Shown here in pieces: positions 13,095-25,990 of a stretch of 64,000 nucleotides of DNA. Source of the stretch: Octopus vulgaris (Eukaryota); assembly GCA_951406725.2 (NCBI GenBank), contig CATOCA020000001.1, forward strand, positions 11,036,001 to 11,100,000, written 5' to 3'. The translations under genes were made by a program, and so were the position numbers. The notes under the pieces are model-generated. The model searched no databases. It saw nothing but the letters and a program-made list of their open reading frames with translations, and had not been told where the DNA came from. How positions within the stretch are numbered: the stretch's first letter is position 1; the number at the start of each line of letters is the position of its first letter.

Positions 13095-14115
13095 ACGATC
13101 AGAAAAAATTCCAATAAATGTAGTGCAAATAATACGAAAAGAAACAAATTCTTTATCCTTTTGTTAAAGATGGCTAAGATTCAGAGATGAAGAGAGAGAG
13201 AAAGAGGAGAAGGCGAGAAAGACAGAGAGAGTGATTGACTGAGGGGTTACTTTACAATATTCCACATCCAATATCTCATAGTCTTGAGTTCAATTCCTAC
13301 TAGGTATGCTTCTGCCTGTCATTCTTCTCATAAGAGTTGATAAAAATGAAAATAAAGTTTTGATAATGTACCAGTGGAAAGTCAATCAAGCATTTCCCCA
13401 TCCCCTTTCACACGTCCCCCCTTCTACCTGCAAACCCCCTATCATCACTGGTTACCACCTAAAAAGTTATAGGGGTGGTGGGTGGGTGTGTACACATCTT
13501 AGAAATCAATATTGAGGAAAGATTTGCCAGCAGCTGTGATATGAGGCTGAAATTATTGTTGAGTCAGCAATGGATTGTTCCGGATGATAAAATCAGTGAT
13601 GCCAATAGAGTAAGATCCTGAAATAGAAGTCGTTGCTGGATAATTGAAGGAGTGAGAGAGGAGAAAAGAAGGAAAAAGTATGGAAGGAGAGAGGGGAAGT
13701 AAAAAATGGGAAAGAAGAAAAGAGTCAGGGGAATAACCGAGTGAGAGGGAGCTAGGGTAGTTGGTGTGAGAAAAGATTTTTTTAAGAGTATATATATAAA
13801 ACAAAGGAGAAATGGAAAGAGAGAGAGAGGGGTGGTGGAGGGAGGGAGAGAGGTAAAAGTGAAAGTGTTGAAAGAGAAGAAGAGAAGGAAAGTGAGAAAT
13901 ATATATGTAAAGAGAGAGAGAGAGGGGGGTGAGTGAAAGAAGAGAATAGAATACAAAATATATAGAAAAATATGAAATGTAATGTTTATATGTGTTTACG
14001 TATATTTCTTAAGATATTTTTTATTTCTTTCTCTTTTTCAATCAAACACTGTCTCGTCCCCCATACAAACACACATACACACACATATATTTGTAGATAG
14101 GTGTGATTCTGTGCT

Positions 14116-14159
<44 letters not shown>

Positions 14160-14160
<1 letters not shown>

Positions 14161-14750
14161 TCATCATCATTTAGCGTCCGTTTTCCATGCTAGCATGGGT
14201 TGGACGGTTCAACTGGGGTCTGTGAAGCCGGAAGGCTGCATCAGGCCCAGTCAGATCTGGCAGTGTTTCTACAGCTGGATGCCCTTCCTAACGCCAAGCA
14301 CTCCGCGAGTGTAGTGGGTGCTTTTTACGTGCCACCCGCACAGGTGCCAGACGGAGCTGGCAAACGGCCACAAACGGATGGTGCTTTTATGTGCCACCGG
14401 CACAGGGGTCAGGCGAGGCTGGCAACGGACACGAACGGATGGTGCTTTTATGTGCCACCGGCACGGGGGTCAGGCGAGGCTGGCAACGGACACGAACAGA
14501 TGGTGCTTTTATGTGCCACCAGCACGGAGGCCAGACGGTGCAGCACCGCCAACGGCCACGATCGGATGGTTCGCTTTACTGATGTTGATCGACCTCAATT
14601 TTGGTTCTGCTTTCTGATATCTGATTTGATTTGGTTTGGTTTGATTTTGATTTTGATTCTGACTGTTCTCACTGATCTTGCCGGGTCTTCTCACGCACAG
14701 CATACTTCCATAGGTCTCGGTCTCTAGTCATTTCCTTGGTGAGACCTAAA
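14160..14750 (-). mobile_element. Same RTE-tailed SINE-like family, with ~4 copies of a 61-bp tandem unit (14318-14570)
   Basis: gtgcttttatgtgccaccggcac...ggcaacggacacgaacggatg repeated. Confidence 0.7.
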
Positions 14751-14783
14751 GTTCGAAATATATATATATATTTATATATATGT

Positions 14784-15080
14784 GGATGCGCAATGGCCTA
14801 GTGGATAGGGCAGCGGACTCGCGGTCGCAGGATCGTGGTTTCGATTCCCAGACCGGGCGTTGTGAGTGTTTATTGAGCGAAAACACCTAAAAGCTCCACG
14901 AGGCTCCGGCAGGGGGTGGCGATCCCTGCTGTACTCTTTCACCACTTTTTCTCTCGCTCTTCCTTCTGTTGGCCTGCTCGCTTAGCCAGCGGGATGGTGT
15001 CATTCGAAGGCTAAAACAATGCGAACGCATTGTGACCAGCGATGTGTAACAACATCTAATAGCCTGGTCGGTCACGTGAT

Positions 15081-15086
<6 letters not shown>
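14784..15086 (+). mobile_element. tRNA-derived SINE
   Basis: A-box tggcctagtgg and B-box ggtttcgattccc; homologues at 18021-18320 (+) and 49270-49570 (-). Confidence 0.8.
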
Positions 15087-15111
<25 letters not shown>

Positions 15112-15149
15112 CATACATACATATATATATATATATGTATATATATATG

Positions 15150-15189
<40 letters not shown>

Positions 15190-15351
15190 GGCGCAGGAGT
15201 GGCTGTGTGGTAAGTAGCTTGCTAACCAACCACATGGTTCCGGGTTCATTCCCACCACGTGGCATCTTGGGCAAGTGTCTTCTGCTATAGCCCCGGGCCG
15301 ACCAATGCCTTGTGAGTGGATTTGGTAGACGGAAACTGAAAGAAGCCTGTC

Positions 15352-15409
<58 letters not shown>

Positions 15410-15625
15410 ATGTGTTTGTGTGTCTGTGTTTGTCCCCCTAGCATTGCTTGACAACCGATGCTGGTGTGTTTACGTTCCCGTCACTTAGCGGTTCGGCAAA
15501 ACAGACCGATAGAATAAGTACTGGGCTTACAAAGAATAAGTCCCGGGGTCGATTTGCTCGACTAAAGGCGGTGCTCCAGCATAGCCGCAGTCAAATGACT
15601 GAAACAAGTAAAAGAGTAAGGAGTA
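15190..15625 (+). mobile_element. tRNA-derived SINE with an internal (TA)n(TG)n tract
   Basis: ggcgcaggagtggctgtgtggtaag...ccttgtgagtggatttggtagacggaaactgaaagaagc, then a tail ending gcagtcaaatgactgaaacaagtaaaaga; many other copies in the window. Confidence 0.8.
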
Positions 15626-15692
15626 ATATATATATATATACACACATATATATATATATATAATATATATACACATAAATATATATATAGAG

Positions 15693-15751
<59 letters not shown>

Positions 15752-15904
15752 TGCGTGTAGGTGTGGCTGTGTAGTCATGAAGCTTACATGCCAATCATGC
15801 GGTCTAGAGTTCAGTCTATACAGTACTTTGAGCAAGTGTCTTCTTCTGTAGACATGGGCCAACAAAAGCCTTGTGAGTGGATTTGGTATATGGGAATCGA
15901 AGGA

Positions 15905-16278
15905 TGTATGTGTGTGTGCATGTGTGTGTGTGTGTATCCATACCTACCTACATACATGCACATACATACAGAGAGACTGACACACACATACATACACATA
16001 TACATACATATACATACATACATACATACATATACATACATACATACATAGATACACAAACACACACATACATACACATACATACACACACACACATACA
16101 AACACACACACACATACATACATACATACACACACATACACACACACATACATACATACATACATACACACACACATACACAAACGCACACACATATATA
16201 CATACATACATACATACATACATGCATACACACATACATACACACACACATACATACACACACACATACATGCATTCA

Positions 16279-16310
<32 letters not shown>

Positions 16311-16670
16311 CACATACATACATACATACATACATATACACATACATACATACACACACACATACATGCATTCATACATACATACATACATACATACACA
16401 CACACACATACACACACACATACATACATACGTACATACACACACACATACACACACATACATACATACACACATACATACATACATACATACATACACA
16501 CACACAGACACATACAAACACACACACACATACATACATACACACACACATACATACATACACACACACACACATACATACACACACACATACACACAGA
16601 TACATACACACATACACACAGATACATACATACATACATTCATACATACATACATACATACATACACACT
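15905..16670. repeat. (CA)n/(CATA)n microsatellite
   Basis: Directly visible. Confidence 0.95.
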
Positions 16671-16990
16671 GCTGTAAATGTACATTGCTATCCTACAAGT
16701 GATGCTTGTTTCCAGTCTTCCATGGCTAGAATATTACCTTGCTTCAAAACAAGTAAGTGTTGGTGATAGGAAGTATGCTTGGTCATACAAAATCTGTCTC
16801 AACAAATTCTGTCTGGCCTATGGATATTAAATGATGAGGATGATGTGTGTGTGGGCGAGTGTGTGTGAACACAGAAAACGTAACTGGTATTTTATGCTTT
16901 ATATAGCGTACATGCTTTTCAGTATATATATATAAACATGCATTTAAAATGTGTGTTTATAAAGACAGAAAAGGGGGACAAGCATGTATA

Positions 16991-17359
16991 TCTCTCTCTA
17001 TATAAACGGCAGTTTGTCTGTGTGTGTGTCTGTGTGTCTGTTTGCTTGTACCCTCACCCTGACAACGGTTTTCAACCGATTCTGATGAAACTTGACACAC
17101 ACATAGCCCAATGTCATAATTCAAAACTAACGCAGCGAAAAGTTTGAAAAGTTCCCCCAGTTCTGAAAAAAATCGATAAATTCGACATGGGGTCGAGAAT
17201 CAGAAACACAAACCACAGACTGTCTAGGGGACGCAACTCGACCTTTTTAACTAAAAAAATTTACCATCATTTCTTTTCCATTTTTTGGCTATAACTCTCT
17301 AAAAATACTTTATAGTTATTTCCCTTACAAACCCGAGCAACGCCGGGCGATACTGCTAG
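16991..17359 (+). mobile_element. Non-autonomous Helitron
   Basis: 5' TC (tctctctctatataaa), subterminal hairpin cccgagcaacgccggg, 3' CTAG, inserted between A and T with no TSD. Confidence 0.8.
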
Positions 17360-18020
17360 TATAACATATTGTATTATTTTTACTAGATGTTACACAAATT
17401 GAGCCACAAAAATATTTTTTACAGTTGTTTCAAAAATAAGACAACCATTTTGGGAAATTCCTCAAGGAAAGAAGCAGCACTTTTGCGACATCCATCTACC
17501 ACACTGCCATCATTGACATGATTTGACAGACCTCCAGAACCTCCTTTTAGCATGTAATGCTAGCAAAGGCTTTGCTGCTGCTGGCGCTGTTTATATTGTG
17601 CCAGGTTACATCGTTAAATAGAACATTTGTAGAACAAGTTTGCATTTTGGAGTATCAGACTGTGACAGCCTGAGCTGACAAATCTATTTTCTTTTTTCAT
17701 TGTTATTTTTATTTTCTCTTTAATCCTGTTCTGAATTCTTTTTATCTTGCTTTCAAATTCATGTTCATGAATGATATTTGATCCCATTTTAGGATGGTGT
17801 GCGTGCAGTGCTACTCACGTTTTTGTTAACACCTATCTCTGCTCTTCTTCTGGAAGAGCCATCTTGAAAAATATGTAAATGCAAGAAATGTTTTTCAGAA
17901 GCATAAATTAATGCCTAAAAGGCAGAACTTTTGCTTACATCAACTATCGAGATAGAAGCCCTGTTTGGAAAACAATTTAAAAAGGAAAGAAATTTCATCC
18001 AGTAAAACTTGGTAATGTGA

Positions 18021-18320
18021 AGGCGCAATGGCCTAGTGGTTAGGGCAGCGGACTTGCAATCGAGGATCACGGTTTCGATGCCCAGACTGGGTGTCGTGTG
18101 TGTTTATTGAGTGAAAACACCTAAAAGCTCCATGAGGCCCCGCAGGGGGTGGTGGTGACCTCTGTTGTACTCTTTTGCCCCAACTTTCTCTCATTCTTTC
18201 TTCCTGCTTCATGGATAACGCTGCGATGGACTGGTGTCCCCTCCAGCTGGGGCGAACACATATGCCACAGAAACTGGGAAACCGGACCCATGAGCCTGGC
18301 TAGGCTTGAAAAGGGCACAT
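18021..18320 (+). mobile_element. tRNA-derived SINE (14784 family)
   Basis: aggcgcaatggcctagtggttagggcagcggac...gtgtttattgagtgaaaacacctaaaagctcc. Confidence 0.75.
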
Positions 18321-18534
18321 AAATTTAAAAAAAGATCTTGTTAATAATCAAATTTTCTTTGAGTGGTCATAAGTACACACATATATGGGCTTACAAAGAA
18401 TAAGTCCCAGGGTCGATTAGCTCGACTAAAAAAAGGCGGTGCTCCAGCATGGCCGCAGTCAAAATGACTGAAACAAGTAAAAGAGAGAGAGAGTATACAA
18501 CAGATTAGGCTGTTGGAAAAGAAAAATTCCTAAC

Positions 18535-19885
18535 ATTGGGCTACAAGTAGCCTTAAATACCAAGAACCTTCCTAAGTATCCTCGCTCTCCCTAGCAACAC
18601 TGTTTTATCCCTAACAACACTGCACTAACCTTGGTTTTATGCCTATTTTCTCAATCCAAATGTTCAAATCGTTAGGGATAGCTCCTAATTCATTTATAAC
18701 TACTGGGATACATTTTACCCACACTTTCTATAATCTCCATAATTCAATGGCTAAGTCTTGGTACTTGGCTATTTTTTCTATTACTCTCATATCGATTTTT
18801 TCATCATTTGGGCCTATATAGTCAATTATCTGGCACTTTCTATTGTCTTTGTCAACTACTACTAAACCAGGCTTTCTAGCTTCTATTACACTGTCAGCTT
18901 GAATGTTAAAGTCCCACAACATCTTATATTTCTTACTTTCTAGTACTTTACTAGGTTCGTATTCATACCATTTATCAGTATGGACAAATCCTAGCTTTCT
19001 ACATAACTCTCAGTGGATTTCTCTCCCTAGATTGTCATGTCTCTTCTGGTAGTCTTTCTCTACCAGTATGCTACATTCCCTTACTTTATGAGTAACACTT
19101 TCCTCTTTTGATTTGCATAACATACACTGGGAATATACTTGGTTTTTATCTATCTTGGCTTTTAATTAGTTCTTAATGCTTGATCTTGTGCTGCTACGGC
19201 TACAAACAAACTTTCTGTCTCCCTTTTTAGCCTTCCTTTCTGCAACCACAATCATATCTCACTTCTACAACTTGCTGCAACTATCTTTGGGAGTCTACAA
19301 TGTAAAGTCTTTTCCTGCCAGTCAGATAACTTTTGCTCTTTTTTCTGGTTTTTAACTTCATTTGGTTATTTTGGTTTCCCTATATCTTGCTGTGTCTCTA
19401 GCAACTCTTAATAATCTTTCTTCCCTATTACCTACATAGGAGTTTATATATACTCTAGCTAACTCCATGCAGTCTTCTATTGATATCAACCTTCTTCCAC
19501 CTTTATTTCTAGATAAGTATAACCTTGCTACTCCTGCCCTTGGGTGAAGGCCTTCATTCATATTGAATTCTTTCCAAGTTCTTCTTTCTAGATTTGCTAA
19601 TTCAGTTTTTGTCCAATCTACAAAAGCTGTTGAGTATCTAGGTAATGATACTGCCCAAGTATTTACAGCCTTTGCTAGTTTCGGACCATTTTTGTTACCT
19701 TCCTTACCCTTCTGATGTACTCTTCAATTTTCATTTTCATTTCTATGGTTAGTACTCTGTCAGATTATAATACTCCTAGATACTTATAACTCTCTCTCCT
19801 TCTTTTAATGATTTGAATGTCTGGCCATCTGGTAATTGGATACCTTCACTGTTGATTACCTGTCCATTTTTCATGACTAATTGTT
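18535..19885 (-). mobile_element. Degraded R4/Dong-type RLE LINE fragment
   Basis: Minus fragments LWDFNIQADSVIEARKPGLVVVDK...KIAKYQDLAIELWRL and LHPRAGVARLYLSRNKGGRRL; many stops. Confidence 0.8.
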
Positions 19886-19894
19886 ATTATATAA

Positions 19895-20332
19895 GCCAGT
19901 GAACTGGCAGAATCGTTAGCATGCTGGGCGAAATATTTAGCAGTATTTTACCTGTGCTTTGTCCTGAGTTCAAATTTCACCAAGGTTGACTTTCATCCTT
20001 TCAGGGTTGATAAACTAAGTACCAGTCAAGTACTGGGGTCGATGTAATTGACTATCTCTTTCCCTATAAATTCCAGGCTTTGTGCCTATAGTAGAAAGGA
20101 TCATCATCATCATCATCATCATCATAATCATTATTATTATTGCCTAGCAGTATTTTGTCTGCCGCTTTGTTCTGAGTTCAAATTCTGCCGAGGCTGACTT
20201 TGCCTTTCATCCTTCAGGGTCGATTAAATATGTACCAGTTAATCACTGGGGTCGATGTAATCGACTTAATCCATTTGTCTGTCCTTGTTTGTTCCCTCTA
20301 TGTTTAGCCCCCTGTGGGCAATAAAGAAATAA
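19895..20332 (+). mobile_element. Two adjacent Meta-core SINE copies (19895-20100 and 20143-20332)
   Basis: Core ctttcatcct...gggtcgat and tail atgtttagccccctgtgggcaataaagaaat. Confidence 0.75.
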
Positions 20333-20333
20333 A

Positions 20334-20338
20334 TTCTT

Positions 20339-20409
<71 letters not shown>

Positions 20410-20421
20410 CATTATTATTAC

Positions 20422-20475
<54 letters not shown>

Positions 20476-20528
20476 CATTATTATTATCATTATTATTATT
20501 TTTATCATTATTATTATCATTATAATTA

Positions 20529-20568
<40 letters not shown>

Positions 20569-20639
20569 CATTATTATTATCATTATTATTATTATTATCA
20601 TTATTATTATTATTATTATTATCATTATTATTATTATTA

Positions 20640-20682
<43 letters not shown>

Positions 20683-20696
20683 CATTATTATTATTA

Positions 20697-20727
<31 letters not shown>

Positions 20728-20746
20728 CATTATTATTATTATCATC

Positions 20747-20778
<32 letters not shown>

Positions 20779-20819
20779 CATTATTATTATCATTATTATT
20801 ATTATCATTATTATTATCA

Positions 20820-20883
<64 letters not shown>

Positions 20884-20900
20884 CATTATTATTATCATTA

Positions 20901-20991
<91 letters not shown>
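20334..20991. repeat. (TTC)n plus (TTA/TCA)n microsatellite, 3' flank of the Dong element
   Basis: Directly visible. Confidence 0.95.
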
Positions 20992-20995
<4 letters not shown>

Positions 20996-22592
20996 TAGTT
21001 TTATTTTTATTTTTATAGCGTGCTTTCACTTCACTACCGAGCGCAGCTCTGTGTGCCTTGGGTATGTGCTGTGATTTGTTGTGATGCTCTGATGGTTATT
21101 GTATGGAAAGTGTTCTGCGTAGGATGTGGGCAGTGCCTAGTAGTGCAATTTTCTGTATGTTATATGTGTTTGTAAGTCCTGGTGTTTTTGTTATGTATTT
21201 GTCTGAATATTTTTTTATCATGCCTAATGCACCTACTATGATAGGAATTGTTTCTGTTTTCAGATTCCACATTCTAGTTACCTCTATTTCCAGGTCTTTG
21301 TATTTTGAGAGTTTCTCCATTTCTTTTAGAGACACGTTGTCATCTGCCGGTATTGATACATCAATTAAAAAGCATTTTTTTTCTTCATGATCTCTGACAA
21401 CTATATCTGGTCTGTTGGCCTTAATTTCTCTATCTGTGTGTATCGGCATATCCCAGAGTATGGTTGCTTTCTCGTTTTCTGTGACCTTTTCTGGTGTGTG
21501 CCTATACCATCTTTTTTCTGTTGTTATTCCATAATGTTGGCATAGCTTCCAATGTATGTAGGTTCCAACTCTGTCATGTCTGTGAATATATTCCTTCTTA
21601 GCCAGGACTGGGCAGCTAGAGATAATATGATTTATTGTTTCTTGTCCATCTCCACATATTCTGCAGTTACTTGTAATATTTCTTTTCATTACATGTTTTT
21701 GGTAATTTCTGGTGGGGAGGCTTTGGTCTTGTGCTGCAATTAAAAATCCCTCTGTTTCTGCTTTGAGTCCTGAGCTTCTCAACCATTGCTGGGATTTTTC
21801 TTTGTCTATTTCTTTTGCGTTTAGTTTAGTGCAGTATTTACCATGAAGGGGCTTTTCTTGCCATCGTTTTATCATGGTTCGTTGCTGTTCTGTTTTTAGT
21901 TTGGATTTCATTTGTTTTATAGCTTTTGTTGTTTCTTCATCTTCTTCTTCTTCTTCATGTTTATTAGGTGGTATGATTTCTTTTTTGTATTTGTCAGCTT
22001 CCTTAAATACTGAGAACAGTTTTTTGTTTTGCTCGTGTTTTGCCGCTATCTGGATCAGTTTTCCTTCCTTCTGAAGAAGATATTTTTGCAGTCCTATGGT
22101 GGTTATTTTATAGTAGTTTTCCAGCTGTATAAGGCCTCTACCACCTTCTATACGTTGTATATATAGTCTTTCTATGTCAGATTTTGGGTGATGCATCCTA
22201 GATCCTGTCATTTTTCTTGTTTTCCTATCTATTTTGGTCAGTTCATTTCGTGTCCAGTTAAGGATATTGTAGCTGTAACTTATAACTGGGAGAGCTAAAG
22301 TGTTGATACATATTATCTTGTTTTTAGCATTGAGCTCTGTCTTTAGTATTGATCTAACTCGTCTATAATATTCTTTTTTTATTTTCTCTTTCATTTGTGT
22401 GTGTTGTGTCTTATCTAGTTCATGGATTCCTAAGTATTTGTAAGTTTGGCTTTGGTCTAATTCTTTTATTTCATTGGTTTTATCTAGTGTGATGTTGTTA
22501 CTCTTAACTAGTTTTCCTCTTTTCATGGTTACTTTGGCGCATTTTTCTAATCCAAATTTCCTATCTATTTCTTTGGTAAATCCATGAACTGG
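20992..22592 (-). mobile_element. 5'-truncated R4/Dong-clade LINE (RT end, CCHC finger, restriction-like endonuclease, 3' UTR)
   Basis: Open frame 22592-21096: YKYLGI, RLYIQRIEGGRGL, CRICGDGQETINHIISSC, RPDIVV...IDVSIP...KLSKYKDL, LLGTAHILRRTL; (TAA)n at both junctions. Confidence 0.92.
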
Positions 22593-22623
22593 ATTATTAT
22601 TATTATTATTATTATCATTATTA

Positions 22624-22681
<58 letters not shown>

Positions 22682-22723
22682 CATTATTATTATTATTATT
22701 ATTATTATTACATAAGGCAACAT

Positions 22724-22930
22724 ACTGGCAGAATCTTTGGCATGTCAGGCAAAATGCTTTGTAGTAATTCATCTGTCTTTACATACAGAGTTCAAATTCT
22801 GCTATGGTCAGCTGCCTTTCATCCTTTCAGGGTTGATAAATTAAGTACCAGTGGAACGCTGGGGGTCGATGCAATCAACTACTCCCCTCCCACCAAATTT
22901 CAGGTTTTTGTGCCTTCAGTAGAATGGATT
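22724..22930 (+). mobile_element. Meta-core SINE, diverged
   Basis: gcctttcatcctttcagggttgataaattaagtaccag. Confidence 0.7.
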
Positions 22931-23559
22931 ATTCTTATTATTATTCTTAAACAACAATATTATTGACAGTGACTTTGAAGTTTTAGCCTGTGAAGCCATG
23001 GTTGGACAGTCCAACAATAGCTTTAACTGGCTGAAACTTCAAAATCACCATCAATAATATTCTTATTTAAGAATAATAAATTTGTTCTCTACAAGAGTAT
23101 AGAGTAACCCATCAGATTAACGTGTAATTGTTTTTATTATAAGTGAGCATAAAAACAAACATTAACACATGCACGTGCGCACACACACACACACATCTGT
23201 ATGTGTGTATATCTCTCTTACTTGAAAATTAGGCAAGGGTTAGTGAGAGGAAGGGCATCCAGCTGTACAACTCTGCCAACAATATATTTATTTAATCCAT
23301 GCTAACTTTGGAAAACAGACTTAAAAAGTAAATATAAAGAAATGATGATATATGTGTGTGTGTGGATGTGTGGATGTATGTGTGTGAGATTTTCCTTTGA
23401 TTCACCTATATGCAACAAATATATGAAAGTTATAAGAAATCTAGTGCAAAAGTGGGAAAAATTGTTTTTATTGATTAACATAGGTGATCCAAAGTACACA
23501 TGTTAGTGAATAATGCTTTATTAGAGTGAATAATACTTTATGCAAAAGTACGATTCAGC

Positions 23560-23840
23560 ACAGTCTCCATTGCATGTGATACATCTGCTCTATTGCTGAA
23601 CCCGACACTCAGATCATCTTTTAAAAGATTCAGGTGTGCGCTGTTGGTGTCACTTTGGTACAGCCACTTTCATCTCACCAATATCATCAATGGACCAAAG
23701 AGGTGGAAGTCAGAGGGCCAGATCCAGTCAGTACGGTGGATGGCGATCACTGATCAGCCTAATTGGCTGATTACTTGATTTGTTGCTAAAGATTTGTGCA
23801 GTTGTGCATTGTCATAATAAACTTGAGTCATTTGTTATTG
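23560..23840 (-). mobile_element. Degraded mariner transposase fragment
   Basis: Minus strand around 23690-23750 approximates HPPY(SP)DLAPSDFHLFGPL, with a stop and a frameshift. Confidence 0.6.
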
Positions 23841-24466
23841 TTCAGCCTCTTCTTGTTCAGATTCTTGGTCAGCCTCTTCCTCTTAATGGCTTCTCTAAGC
23901 CTTTTGAGTGTCTCGATGTTCTCTGTTCACACTTCAGGCACATTCCAGAAAATCAAGGAGACCGATGCCCTTGTCATTCCAGAAAACAGCCACCAGGTTT
24001 TTCTGTGTCGATAACTATCTCTTAAACTTCTTAGCTCTTGGAGAAGAAATGCAACACCATTCCAAGGGCTGAGCTTTCTTTTCTGGATCGCAAAGATACA
24101 CCCATTGAATGCAAACAAGATGCCAAGTAATGATTTTAAATCAGGTGACAAATTCAATCTATAATGTAAGCAGGCCTTATGAAGGTTTCATTCCAGAATG
24201 CAAAGAACCAGAATAAATACAGTAAGGCATTTGGCCCCAAATTCTTACTTTTCTCTCAATTCATCATTCAAGCCTGGTATTCAAGCTTGGTGCATCTTAT
24301 CAACCTTGAAAATATGAAAGGCTAAGATGACTTCAGCAGGATTTGAACTCAGAGCAGAGAGAGAGAGAGAGATAGAAGTATTTTTTTTTAGTAGGGTTCA
24401 TGTTGCTATTGTTGATGTTTCACCCAGGTTAACCATGGTTCAACAGCTCTATAATTAGAAGTTGGG

Positions 24467-24690
24467 GAGGTACATGGCTTAGTGGTTAGGGTGTTGGACA
24501 CATGATCGTAAGATTGTGGTTTTGAATCCTGGACCGGGTGATGCATTATGTTCTTGAGCAAAACCCTTTATTCCATGCTGCTCCTGTCCACTCAACTAGT
24601 AAAAATGAATCATCCTACAATGGAGCATCACCCCATTCAGGGAGGAATATATGCCCCAGAGAAACCAGAAAACTGGCCTTATGCTTCTTA
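24467..24690 (+). mobile_element. tRNA-derived CORE-like SINE, diverged
   Basis: tggcttagtggttaggg...gttcttgagcaaaac...gtccactcaactag; homologous to 31801-32120 and 39249-39460. Confidence 0.65.
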
Positions 24691-25817
24691 CAGAGTAATG
24701 CACGCTAACCAGGATTAGCAGTGACCCAACTGTAACTGCCCATCTTTATAGAGTTATGTATAAGAGTACATTATCCAGCGTACTCTTTTCTTTTTCAAAA
24801 AGTAGGATGTGATTTAAGGGACGTTTTGCTGTTGTTTCAGGCTGATTTAGTGACCACATAGAAGCTTTCTCATTGGCTCAAGTTTCCTCATTGGCTTCTT
24901 GATATCACTGTGGTTGTTATTTAGCTAAAGGTTAACTCTGATCAAACAGACCTATGATCACTGCCATTCCAACCATGACATCCTGTGCTTTTTAGTTTCT
25001 ATTGCCACACTGTCTAACGTATGCCTTTCTCTTTGGAGTGTGATCTGAGGAAGATTTGGTTGCTTTTTCTAGCCGGATGTTCAGGCTATATAGCAGCTCC
25101 TTCATTGGCTTGTGTTGCTAATGGTTGTTGTTGTTGTTGTTCATGATAATGTTGTGGTTATTGTTGCTAGAAGTCTTCTTGTTGTTGTTGTTGTTGTTGA
25201 AGTTACTGGCTGGTCTCCTTGGACTTCTACTGATTTTCACAATACTCTCCAGAATCTAGTTTATCACCGTTGCTGCTGCTGCTGCTGCTGCTGCTGCTAC
25301 TCCTGTTCCTGTTGCCTCTGTTACTGCTATTATTGACGTTGTTGCTGCTGTTGTTGTTATTATTGCTGATGCTGTTGCTACTGCTATTATTGATGCTTCT
25401 GTTTATGTCTCTGCTTTTACTGCTGCATTGTTACTATTAGAACTGCTACTAGTGCTGCTGCTGCTGATGATGATGCTGATGATGATGATGATGATGCTGA
25501 TGATGATATTAGTACTGCTACTACTGCCAGTGCTGTTACTCTCTTATCTCACACTGCTCCCATCCGTAGAAGTCTCCTTCACTTTCCCTTCTCCCCCTTC
25601 AAACCTTCTCCCTCATTACTTTCTTAGCTTCACCTCTCTTTCACTGCATATTACTAGATCCCAGTCTCCCTCTCTCTTCCCCCATTTATGTTTCCATCTT
25701 TCTTTTCCTTCCTCTTTGTCTCATAATCTACGGCTCTTCCTTCATCCATCACCCCTTCTCACTCTCCTTTTTTCTCATTTTCTACTTCCTCTTTGCCCCT
25801 TTCTATCATTCTCTTTC

Positions 25818-25990
<173 letters not shown>

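Noticed and set aside
14318-14570. 61-bp periodic repeats as a possible CRISPR array
   Set aside because: Whole units are similar with no unique spacers; internal minisatellite of a SINE-like element
14784-14856. tRNA-like sequences at SINE heads (also 18021, 24467, 32050-32120, 39249)
   Set aside because: They continue into shared SINE bodies and lack a clean cloverleaf, so they are not tRNA genes
22593-22772. N-terminal poly-Asn extension of the 558-aa ORF
   Set aside because: Chance read-through from flanking (AAT)n and a SINE into a 5'-truncated Dong ORF
25112-25560. Poly-V/C/L/M ORFs suggesting a low-complexity exon
   Set aside because: Mixed trinucleotide repeats without splice or domain support
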